A DNA stretch of 64,000 bases from Macrostomum lignano (lineage: Eukaryota), in assembly GCA_002269645.1 (NCBI GenBank), contig NIVC01000176.1:372001-436000 (forward strand), read 5' to 3'. The notes under the pieces were generated by a model, which did not search any database, had not been told where the DNA came from, and saw only the letters and a list, made by a program, of their open reading frames with translations. The position numbers and the translations under genes were made by a program. Positions 12,534-23,604 of the stretch are shown piece by piece; position 1 is the first letter of the stretch, and each line of letters opens with the position of its first letter.

Positions 12534-13596
12534 TCCGAGCAGCCCATGCTTCTTTTCTGAGACAGTGACGACTAGATCAACGGTTACGAAGCTCGTGTCG
12601 GTCTCGAGCGACGCAGTGAACTCACCGAGACAGGCAATGGTCGAGCCGTCAAACTGCCGCAGAATCCTTTTGCAATTACGCAGAGGCGGTTGGCCCAGTT
12701 GTCTCCAGAGGTTCTGCGGGATGAGGCTGACCTCCGCTCCAGTGTCGATCTACATTGGTACGCCACAGCCGTTGATCTTGATGGTTTTGAAGAGGCCTGT
12801 CTTTGCTGCGTTAGGGCCAAGGGCGTATATTTCCGCCTCATCGGTTTCCGTTGTCTCCAGATGGACAGCTCGAGACCTGCAGACAGGTCTTCTTCTGACA
12901 CTTGCTGAACTTTTTTCCGAACGCGGGACAGTTGCCTCTGGGGTGACTCGTGCCACAGAAGCCACATTTAGCCATTTCCTTTGAAGGTGGTACATTTTTG
13001 TGCTGTCTGGTGAAAGCAATGTCCGCGGTTGTGGGAGCGTTGTAGTCTCTGATCTGCTCCAAGTGTTGAAGGCTCTGCAGAATACCGTCAAGCAGCAGGT
13101 CACCCTCTTGTAGCCGCTCGAGAATTCGCTTTTTGTGCTCGGCTGAGATCAGACCATCAATAAGTCGCATGACGATCATATCGTTCTCCTTTGACTGCTT
13201 GCTTCCTAGCGTCTCAAACTCGCATAGAGATGCGGCAGCCCTCAGTCTCCTGAAGTAGACCATGACGCTCTCACCCACTTCTTGTTTTATGTTGAGGAAC
13301 TTGGTGCGCTCCGCGATGACGAGGCGTTTCTTCGGGCGAATAGTGCTGTCGACTAGGGTTTTGATGTTGTCAAATTTTAAATCTTCCAATTTTTTTGGCG
13401 CTGCCATGAGAGACAAGGTGCGAATCGCCTGGAGTCCCGCCTTTGACAGAAACAAATCAGTTTTGTCGCGAGCTTCGTCGGAGTCGGCGAGCTTCTTGAT
13501 ACGTGCTGTCGCCGATAGCTGTTGCATCCAAGCCTCAGCCATCTCTGCATCTTCCAAATTGAGCTCTTGGCTCTGTCTAACTGCTTGCGACGCCAT
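12534..13596 (-). pseudogene. Gypsy gag and protease region, disrupted
   Basis: gag starts MASQAVRQ at the PBS and contains CGFCGTSH..C. There is a frameshift near 12900 and a TAG at 12752-12750 just before IDTGAEVS. Confidence 0.85.
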
Positions 13597-13872
13597 TGAC
13601 GTGTCGTCGATTGAATGAAACAAGTCTAGCTTAATTATGCATGGTCAAAATGCTATTGTATTTCACGATTTCAAAGCGAGAGAAAACTAACGATATATAG
13701 CAAACACGATAGTGATAATATTGGGGTGGTTGGTGCAGTGCGCGCACAGAAGGCATAAAATAAACAAAGTGCTTAGAGTGAATACGTACATCTGAACACT
13801 ACGGGTGTAAGAAGGCATTGGCTCATTGGTTCAATAAAATATATAGATCAATAACTCAAGAGTCTGACCCTG
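13597..13872 (-). repeat. 5' LTR of the Gypsy element, outer 20 bp missing
   Basis: Matches 9685-9960; followed by a 21-nt locally templated insert at 13873-13893. Confidence 0.93.
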
Positions 13873-13893
13873 ACTCTTGAGACCCTGACCCTG

Positions 13894-14650
13894 ACTAAAG
13901 AATCAGGGAGGGTAGCGGCATCCCCACTGAAGCATCAGGGAGGGTAAGCGGAATCCCCAATAAACAATCAGGGAGGATAAGCGGCATCCCCACTAAAGAA
14001 TCAGGGAGGATAAGCGGCATCCCCAATGAACAATCAGGGAGGATAAGCGGCATCCCCAATGAACAACCAGGGAGGGTAGGCGGCATCCCCAATGAACAAT
14101 CAGGGAGGGTTGGCGGCATCCCCAATGAACAACCAGGGAGGGTAGGCGGCATCCCCAATGAACAATCAGGGAGGGTTGGCGGCATCCCCAATGAACAACC
14201 AGGGAGGATAAGCGGCATCCCCAATGAACAATCAGGGAGGGCAAGCGGCATCCCCAATGAACAATCAGGGAGGATAAGCGGCATCCCCAATGAACAACCA
14301 GGGAGGGTAGGCGGCATCCCCAATGAACAATCAGGGAGGGTTGGCGGCATCCCCAATGAACAATCAGGGAGGGTTGGCGGCATCCCCAATGAACAACCAG
14401 GGAGGGTAGGCGGCATCCCCAATGAACAATCAGGGAGGGTAAGCGGCATCCCCAATGAACAATCAGGGAGGGCAAGCGGCATCCCCAATGAACAACCAGG
14501 GAGGGTAGGCGGCATTCCCAATGAACATCCAGGGAGGGTAAGCGGCATCCCCAATGAACAATCAGGGAGGGTAGGCGGCATCCCCAATGAACAACCAGGG
14601 AGGGCAAGCGGCATCCCCAATGAACAACCAGGGAGGGTAGGCGGCATCCC
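13894..14650. repeat. 33 bp minisatellite, right segment (GGGAGGGTAAGCGGCATCCCCAATGAACAATCA variant)
   Basis: Same GCGGCATCCCCA core as 9070-9684 with a different dominant variant. Confidence 0.96.
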
Positions 14651-15235
14651 CAATGAACAACCAGGGAGGGTAGCTGCATTCTTCAACTACTGAAGAATTA
14701 AAAAACCGTTCACAACTTCCAAAATAATAAAGTAAACATAGGTTCGTAATATGGATAAATTTTGCTCATCACAATCAATCACCACGATAAATGAAAATAA
14801 ACCCTATATTCGCAGTCTCAAATAACATATTTATTTATTAAATATAATGCATTATTTCACATTGAAACTGATAAGCAGACGAGAAACGCATCAGATGACC
14901 ATTTTAAACGCACAGTGTTTCAATTGTTCTGTTTAAATTCAAAAGCTGATAAATCAAACTTGTCCTCAGGCGCAATATTCAAGTTGACGTGGAAGCTGGT
15001 CGTCTGGAAGTAAAATCGCATGGGCATTAAATTAGGTCTATAAATATGGCTTCTGGGTTAAAGAAATTTTCATTTTATAATACTAAGAATAAAACTAATA
15101 AATCCAGAGAAACACGACAAACACAAGGACAGGTTAGTACTAGAAAGAATGTACAGAATGACATGGTATCAGAAAGGGATAGACAGACGCGAAGACAAAG
15201 CAGACAGGTTGATAGAAAAAGACAGATAGATCGAT

Positions 15236-15237
<2 letters not shown>

Positions 15238-15330
<93 letters not shown>

Positions 15331-15333
15331 GGC

Positions 15334-15394
<61 letters not shown>

Positions 15395-15398
15395 GCCG

Positions 15399-15438
<40 letters not shown>

Positions 15439-15477
15439 GGCAGACAGACAGATAGACAGACAGGCAGACAGACAGAT

Positions 15478-15548
<71 letters not shown>

Positions 15549-15613
15549 TAGACAGACAGACAAACAGACAGACAGGCAGATAGACAGATAGACAGACAGA
15601 CAGACAGACAGAT

Positions 15614-15647
<34 letters not shown>

Positions 15648-15705
15648 GCAGACAGACAGATAGACAGACAAACAGACAGACAGACAGACAGGCAGACAGA
15701 CAGAC
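15238..15705. repeat. (CAGA)n / (TCTG)n microsatellite just 3' of the ELP3 stop
   Basis: About 115 tetramers with CAAA/TAGA/CAGG interruptions. Confidence 0.98.
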
Positions 15706-15736
15706 ACAGGAAGCGAGCTCACCCAAGCTCCGCAGC

Positions 15737-18700
15737 TCACAGGCACTTGACCATGTACGGCCCCTCCAGCCGGTAGCCCAGCTTAGCATAGTAATTCCTG
15801 GTGCCAACTCCGGAGATGACGGCCAGCTTGGAGGCGCCGTGCTCGGATTTGGCGATGCGCTCGGCCTCTTCCATGAGCAGCTGGCCGAAGCCCTGGTGCT
15901 GGAATTTGGCCGGGTCGCGTGCGCTGACTGGGACGGCCGCGCCGTAGACGTGCAACTCGCGAACGATTGAGACGCCGCCGCGAAGCTCCGGCCGGTGGAC
16001 GGTTGCCTCGGAGGAGAGGCGGCGAAGCCGGAGCAGCCCGACCAGGATGTCCTGCGGGGGCGGTAGGGGAGAGTTGAACATTAGTTGGTCAGGTAGAATT
16101 GATTGGTCAGGTTCGGTCATCAATATCGTTACCTGCTGCGGGTCCTCATAGCTGAGGAAGGTCTCCCAGCCGCCGTTGGCAGCGTAGTCTCTCCGCAGCA
16201 GTTCGACTTCGTAGGGCCGGACTCGCTTGTGCAGCTCCTGTACGCCAACCTCGCGGGTTCGAACGTCCCGGCATTCGGTGCCGAGATCGCGCATTCTAGC
16301 CAGAGCCAGTTCGCGAAGGTTGCCATGCTCGACTCCGGATGTTACTAGGGGCATCGGGATGTCGCGCTGTACCCGATAGACTCGAGTCCAGGGCGGCACC
16401 TTTTGGAATGCGCGGGCGGATAGTAGGATTGCGTGGGCGGATGGTAGGATTGCGTGGGCGGATGGTAGGATTGCATGGGCCGATAGTAGTAGGTTTGCGT
16501 GGGCGGACAGTAGTAGGATTGCGTGGGCGGATGGTAGGATTGCGTGGGCGGATAGTATTAGGTTTGCGTGGGCGGACAGTAGTAGGATTGCGTGGGCGGA
16601 TGGTAGGATTGCGTGGGCGGATAGTGGTAGGAATGCGTGGGCGGATAGTAGTAGGAATGCGTGGGCGGATAGTAGGTTTGCGTGGACGGACAGTAGTAGG
16701 ATTGCGTGGGCGGATGGTAGGATTGCGTGGGCGGATAGTAAGAGTGCGTGGGCGGATAGTAGGATTGCGTGGGCGGATAGTAGGAATGCGTGGGCGGATA
16801 GTAGGAATGCGTGGGTGGATAGTAGAATTGCGTGGGTGGGCAGTAAGATCCTAAATTCAATCTCGGTGGCAAATAAAATAAAAGTGCGTGGGCGGGAATT
16901 AAGACTTGGTAACTAACCAGGGCAAGAATCCGAGCAATGAGGTCAACAAGCTGGTTAGCCGGATAGCTCTTGTACCGGCCGGTGCGCCACAGCTCATAAA
17001 GTCCGGTGCCCCGAATCACCAGAGTTGGATAGATTTTCAATCCATCCGGTCGGAAGTCGGGATTCTCAAAGAACTCGCGAAACTGTTCCATATCCCGCTC
17101 GTAGCCAACGTTGGGCAGATCTGGCATCATGTGCGACACCACTTTGAAGCCGGCGTCCTTGGACAGTTGAAAGCTTTCGCAAACCGATCGGACAGTGTGG
17201 CCCCGGTTCGTGTCCCGGGCCACGTCTTCGTAGACGCTTTGGACTCCGATTTCTAGGCGGGTGCAGCCGTAGCTGAGGAAGTGGGAGGTGCAGTAAAGGG
17301 CGATTCTTGAGGCCGGTAAAGGGCGATTCTTGAGGCCGGTAAAGGGCGATTCTTGAGGCCGGTAAAGGGCGATTCTTGAGGCCGGTAAAGGGCGATTCTT
17401 GAGGCCGGTAAAGGGCGATTCTTGAGGCCGGTAAAGGGCGATTCTTGAGGCCGGTAAAGGGCGATTCTTGAGTTCGGTAAAGGGGTGATGATTCTTGAGG
17501 TCGGTAAAGGGCGATTCTTGAGTTCGGTAAAGGGGCGATGATTCTTGAGGTCGGTAAAGGGCGATTCTTGAGGTTGGTAAAGGGGCGATTCTCAAGGTCG
17601 GTAAAGGGGCGATTCTTGATGTTGGTAAGGGCGATTCTTGATGTTGGTAAAGGGGCGATTCTTGAGGTCGGTAAAGGGGCGATTCTCAAGGTCGGTAAAG
17701 GGGCAATTCTTGATGTTGGTAAGGGCGATTCTTGATGTTGGTAAAGGGCGATTCTTAATGTTGGTAAAGGGCGATTCTTGAGGCCGGTAAAGGGCGATTC
17801 TTGAGGCCGGTAAAGGGCGATTCTTGAGTTCGGTAAAGGGGCGATGATTCTTGAGGTCGGTAAAGGGCGATTCTTGAGGCCGGTAAAGGGCGATTCTTAA
17901 GGTCGGTAATGGGGTGATTCTTGAGGTCGGTAATGGGGTGATTCTTGAGGCCGGTAAAGGGCGATTCTTGAGGCCGGTAAAGGGCGATTCTTGATGTTGG
18001 TAAAGAATTATTCTTGAGGTCGGTAAAAGGGCGATTCTTAATGACAACCAAGCCTCACCTGAGCATATCAGACAGGTGCTTGCGCAGACAATAGTCCGGC
18101 CTAGTCTCAATAGTGATGCCGATGCAGCGGGTTTTGCTGCGCTCAGAGTAGCGCACAGCCTCCTGCACGCTGGAGCTGTGATGGCCAGACAAAGCGTCGT
18201 GCAGATTGCGGATGAAGTAGTCTCTATAGGACTCGGGCAGCGCCATGAAGGTGCCGCCCATCACGATGAATTCAACTTTGTCAACGCTATGACCGAGCTC
18301 TTGCAGCTGCTCGACCTGTAAATGCACACGAGCTTGAAAGTTAGTTTACATCCCGAATCCTTAATTCCAAAATCAGTCTCTGAATTTAGATTTTAAATCT
18401 CTCTCACCCAATTTAAATTTATCAATCCCGATTTTTAGTCCCTGAATCCCGATTTCTAATCTGTGAATCCTGATTGTTAATCAGTGAATCCCGATTTCTA
18501 ATCTGTGAATCCTGATTGTTAATCAGTGAATCCCGATTTCTAATCTGTGAATCCCGATTTCTAATCTGTGAATCCTGATTGTTAATCTGTGAATCCTGAT
18601 TTCTAATCTGTGAATCCCGATTTCTAATCTGTGAATCCTGATTGTTAATCTGTGAATCCCGATTTCTAATCTGTGAATCCCGATTTCTAATCTGTGAATC

Positions 18701-20848
18701 CCGATTTTTTAATCTGTGAATCCCGATTGTTAATCAGTGAATCCCGATTTCTAATTTGTGAATCCCGATTTCTAATCAGTGGATCCCGATTTCTAATCAG
18801 TGGATCCCGATTTCTAATCTGTAAATCCCGATTTCTAATTTGCGAATCCGGATTTTTAATTTGTGAATCCCGATTGTTAATCAGTGAGTCCCGATTTCTA
18901 ATCTGTGAATTCCGATTGTTAATTAGTGAGTCCCGATTTATAATCTGTGAATCCTGATTTCTAATCTGTGAATCCCTATTGTTAATCAGTGAATCCCGAT
19001 TTCTTATCTGTGAATCCCGATTTCTAATCCGTGAATCCCGATTGTTAATCAGTGAATCCCGATTTATAATTTGTGATCCTGATTGTCAATCAGTGAATCC
19101 CGATTTCTAATTTGTGAATCCTGATTGTTAATCAGTGAATACCGATTTATAATCTGTGAGCTCCGATTTCTAATCTGTGAATCCCGATTTCTAATCTGTG
19201 AATCCCTATTGTTAATCAGTGAATCCCGATTTCTTATCTGTGAATCCTGATTTTTAATGTGTGAATCCCGATTTCTAATATGTGAATCTTGATTTCTAAT
19301 ATGTGAATCCCGATTTTTAATATGTGAACCCTGATTTTCAATTTGTGAATCCCGATTTTCAATCCTTGATTCCTGATTTTTCAGACCATGAATCCCGATT
19401 TTTAGTCCCCGAATCCCGAATCCTTTCTAACCCTCCAGATTTCCATCCTAATCTCACATTTCCAAATCAGCACACACACAAGCAGCGATCAGCTCACCCT
19501 ATGCCGGGTCTGCACGTATGGATTATACCTAGCCCGAATCGCTCTCATAGACGTGGGCTCATAGCCAGTATAAGACTGAGTAGAGTACTCAAAGTCGCTA
19601 TCCGGACCGCCAGGACAGTACACGCAGATGTTGCCAGTCAAAGCGATATGGGGACAGCGATGCGGCTTGCACATGACGGCTACAACGGCAATGCCGCTGG
19701 CTGTTCGGATTGGCTTGGCCTTGAGCTTGGGCAGCAGACTGGACCGGTACTCAGCCGGGACTCCGGCTATGATGTCAACCAGCTTGGGCTGCGAGGACAG
19801 GCCGTTTTTACTGGATACTGAGTTCTTCAGCCTGCAGTTGGAGACAGTCATGGTGCATATGTGGTGTTAGATTGCGCTAGAGTTTGAATCGAGATCTAGT
19901 CTGAATGCATTTATATCTAGTCTGTGTGTATCTAGATCTAGTTTGTGTGTGTCTAGATCTAGTCTGAATGCATTTATATCTAGTCTGTGTGTATCTAGAT
20001 CTAGATTGTGTGTGTCTAGATCTAGTCTGAATGCATTTATATCTAGTCTGTGTGTATCTAGATCTAGATTGTGTGTGTCTAGATCTAGTCTGAATGCATT
20101 TATATCTAGTCTGTGTGTATCTAGATCTAGTTTGTGTGTGTCTAGATCTAGTCTGAATGCATTTATATCTAGTCTGTGTGTATCTACATCTAGTCTGTGT
20201 GTCTAGATCTAGTCTGTGTGTATGTAGATCTAGTCTGTGTGTATGTAGATCTAGTCTGTGTGTGTCTACATCTAGTCTGAATCTAGATCTAGTCTGTGTG
20301 TATCTAGATATAGCCTGTGTTTATCTAGATCTAGTCCGAACGTATCTAGAGCTGTTTATCTAGATTTAGTTTCAATGTATCTAGATCTGTTTCTGTGTAT
20401 CTAGATCTAGCATGAATGTATCTATATCTGCCTGTGTAGATTTGTAGATAAATGCTGCGAAACGGGATTTACTCTGAGGATTATTTAGACTTTTAGACGA
20501 GTAGATCTATTCAGTGTGTGTATATAGATCTAGTCTGTGCATCTATAAATACACCGTGTACATCTAGATCTAGTGTCTACGTACGAGCTACATGAATCTA
20601 GATTCCAGATCTACTAAGCGCCATGATAATCCTAAGCATGCTAGAGAAGCTGGCCTGCCAACAAATCCACAGGTACATGTAGAGATGCCGCCATCCCAGC
20701 AACTGGTTCTCTCAACTTAACTTCTGACTCACTTATTTAAGTTAACATCTTTGCCTTCCTTGTGCGACTGAATGAGAACTTTGATGATCTCCGACACTGT
20801 CAGAGCCAGCAGCTCCTCCTTGCTGGCTGACGAAGGCTTCGATGGCAT
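15737..20848 (-). CDS. ELP3: Elongator complex protein 3 (radical SAM + GNAT acetyltransferase), 6 exons, 547 aa
   Basis: Exons 20848-20733, 19831-19498, 18315-18059, 17272-16918, 16399-16133, 16051-15737 sum to 1644 nt and are phase-consistent. Motifs [62 protein letters not shown]. Confidence 0.97.
16410..16845. repeat. 21/24 bp minisatellite (TGCGTGGGCGGATAGTAGGAT) filling ELP3 intron 4
   Basis: The array occupies most of the 518-nt intron and ends about 10 nt from the acceptor. Confidence 0.95.
17297..18040. repeat. 21-23 bp minisatellite (GGGCGATTCTTGAGGCCGGTAAA) filling ELP3 intron 3
   Basis: Only about 20 nt of unique sequence at each intron end. Confidence 0.96.
18420..19420. repeat. 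21 bp minisatellite (TGTGAATCCCGATTTCTAATC) in ELP3 intron 2
   Basis: Tandem 21-mers with degenerate ends. Confidence 0.95.
19890..20420. repeat. CTAGATCTAG-containing about 21 bp array with a 63 bp higher-order unit in ELP3 intron 1
   Basis: Repeated TCTAGATCTAGTCTG(TGTG/AATG); degenerate tail to about 20580. Confidence 0.9.
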
Positions 20849-20974
20849 GTCGCTGCGTTTGAGCTGACTGAGTTAGCATGAAGATTTCAGTTTTGGAATC
20901 AGAAAGAATATACTCACGAAGATTGCATTGTTTACCTTCTAAAAACTTGCTAAAATTCCTACCAAAGAGGGGTT

Positions 20975-23343
20975 CGGGAATTAGGAATTCGGAATCAGGG
21001 AATTGAGACTCGGAATCAGGGAATCAGGACTCGGAATCAGGTAATCAGGACTCGGAATCAGGTAATCAGGACTCGGAATCAGGTAATCAGGACTCGGAAT
21101 CAGGCAATCGGGACTCGGAATCAGGTAATCAGGACTCGGAATCAGGTAATCAGGACTCGGAATCAGGTAATCAGGACTCGGAATCAGGTAATCGGGACTC
21201 GGAATCAGGTAATCAGGACTCGGAATCAGGTAATCGGGACTCGGAATCAGGCAATCGGGACTCGGAATCAGGTAATCAGGACTCGGAATCAGGTAATCAG
21301 GACTCGGAATCAAGTAATCAGGACTCGGAATCAGGTAATCGGGACTCGGAAGCAGGTAATCAGGACTCGGAATCAGGTAATCGGGACTCGGAATCAGGAC
21401 TCGGAATTAGGTAATCAGGACTCGGGACTCGGAATCAGGCAATCGGGACTCGGAATCAGGTAATCAGGACTCGGAATCAGGTAATCAGGACTCGGAATCA
21501 GGTAATCAGGACTCGGAATCAGGTAATCGGGACTCGGAAGCAGGTAATCAGGACTCGGAATCAGGTAATCGGGACTCGGAATCAGGACTCGGAATTAGGT
21601 AATCAGGACTCGGGACTCGGAATCAGGTAATCAGGACTCGGAATCATGTAATCGGAACTCGGAATCAGGTAATCAGGACTCGGAATCAGGTAATTGGAAC
21701 TCGGAATCAGGTAATCAGGACTCGGAATCATGCAATCGGGACTCGGAATCAGGTAATCAGGACTCGGAATCAGGTAATCAGGACTCGGAATCATGTAATC
21801 GGAACTCGGAATCAGGTAATCAGGACTCGGAATCAGGTAATTGGAACTCGGAATCAGGTAATCGGGACTCGGAATCAGGTAATTGGAACTCGGAATCAGG
21901 TAATCAGGACTCGGAATCATGTAATCGGAACTCGGAATCAGGTAATCAGGACTCGGAATCAGGTAATCGGGACTCGGAATCAGGTAATCGGGACTCGGAA
22001 TCAGGTAATCAGGACTCGGAATCAGGTAATCAGGACTCGGAATCAGGCAATCGGGACTCGGAATCAGGTAATCAGGACTCGGAATCAGGTAATCAGGACT
22101 CGGAATCATGTAATCGGAACTCGGAATCAGGTAATCAGGACTCGGAATCAGGTAATTGGAACTCGGAATCAGGTAATCAGGACTCGGAATCATGTAATCG
22201 GAACTCGGAATCAGGTAATCAAGACTCGGAATCAGGTAATCGGGACTCGGAATCAGGTAATCGGGACTCGGAATCAGGTAATCAGGACTCGGAATCATGT
22301 AATCGGAACTCGGAATCAGGTAATCAGGACTCGGAATCAGGTAATCGGGACTCGGAATCAGGTAATCGGGACTCGGAATCATGTAATCGGAACTCGGAAT
22401 CAGGTAATCAGGACTCATAATCAGGTAATTGGGACTCGGAATCAGGTAATCGGGACTCGGAATAAGGGAATCAGGACTCGGAATCAGGTAATCAGGACTC
22501 GGAATCAGGTAATTGGGACTCGGAATCAGGTAATCGGGACTCGGAATCAGGTAATCGGGACTCGGAATCAGGTAATCGGGACTCGGAATCAGGTAATCAG
22601 GACTCGGAATCATGTAATCGGAACTCGGAATCAGGTAATCAGGACTCGGAATCAGGTAATCGGGACTTGGAATCAGGTAATCGGGACTCGGAATCATGTA
22701 ATCGGAACTCGGAATCAGGTAATCAGGACTCGCAATCAGGTAATTGGGACTCGGAATCAGGTAATCGGGACTCGGAATAAGGGAATCAGGACTCGGAATC
22801 AGGTAATTGGGACTCGGAATCAGGTAATCGGGACTCGGAATCAGGTAATCGGGACTCGGAATCAGGTAATCGGGACTCGGAATCAGGTAATCAGGACTCG
22901 GAATCAGGTAATCAGGACTCGGAATCAGGCAATCGGGACTCGGAATCAGGTAATCGGGACTCGGAATCAGGTAATCGGGACTCGGAATCAGGTAATCAGG
23001 ACTCGGAATCGGGTAATCGGGACTCGGAATTAGGTAATCAGGACTCGGGACTCGGAATCAGGTAAGCAGGACTCGGAATCAGGTAATCAGGACTCGGAAT
23101 CAGGGAATCGGGACTCGGAATCAGGTAATCAGGACTCGGAATCAGGGAATCGGGACTCAGAATCAGGTAATCAGGACTCGGAATCAGGTAATCGGGACTC
23201 GGAATCAGTTAATCAGGACTCGGAATCAGGCAAACGGGACTCGGAATCAGGCAAACGGGACTCGGAATCAGGCAAACGGGACTCGGAATCAGGTAATCGG
23301 GACTCGGAATCAGTTAATCAGGACTCGGAATCAGGCAAACGGG
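20975..23343. repeat. 21 bp minisatellite (GGACTCGGAATCAGGTAATCA), 2.4 kb, between the orphan TM gene and ELP3
   Basis: More than 100 tandem copies; source of the spurious IPSPDYL ORFs. Confidence 0.98.
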
Positions 23344-23604
23344 AATAAACGACCAAATAAGTCCAACAATAAACAGTCGTCAAAGTCTTCGAAAAAAGTG
23401 TATTTTTCTTAGAATTTTTAAAGTTTTGTAAAAGAATTACGAACAAAAAAACGAAATAGAGAAAAGTTAGCAATAATAACAGTTCTTATTAGTAATATTA
23501 TTATTTAGGCTTAAAATGCAGTTTATATAAACCTGAGCCTTTCATCAATTGAAAATAAAGCAGCTATGTAAACAATAATAAAAAACTGTGATTAATCGAA
23601 CTGA

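Larger units (their letters stand above)
9685..13872 (-). mobile_element. Ty3/Gypsy LTR retrotransposon (Mag-like), about 4.2 kb, defective
   Basis: LTRs at 9685-9980 and 13597-13872. PBS TGGCGTCGCAAGCAG follows the 5' LTR and PPT GAGGGGGGGAGA precedes the 3' LTR. Domain order is gag-CCHC, protease (IDTGAEVS), RT (YQDD), RNase H, integrase. Confidence 0.96.

Noticed and set aside
9906-12984. Plus-strand ORFs overlapping the Gypsy pol
   Set aside because: Antisense shadows of a GC-rich coding region with no recognisable motifs.
9027-15807. Repeat ORFs (VSGIPTEASWW, LGMPPTLPDCS, QTDR, SVCL)
   Set aside because: Translations of the 33-bp and tetranucleotide arrays.
20981-22697. IPSPDYL-repeat ORFs
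   Set aside because: A 21-bp unit lacking stops in one frame; no unique coding flanks or splice support.
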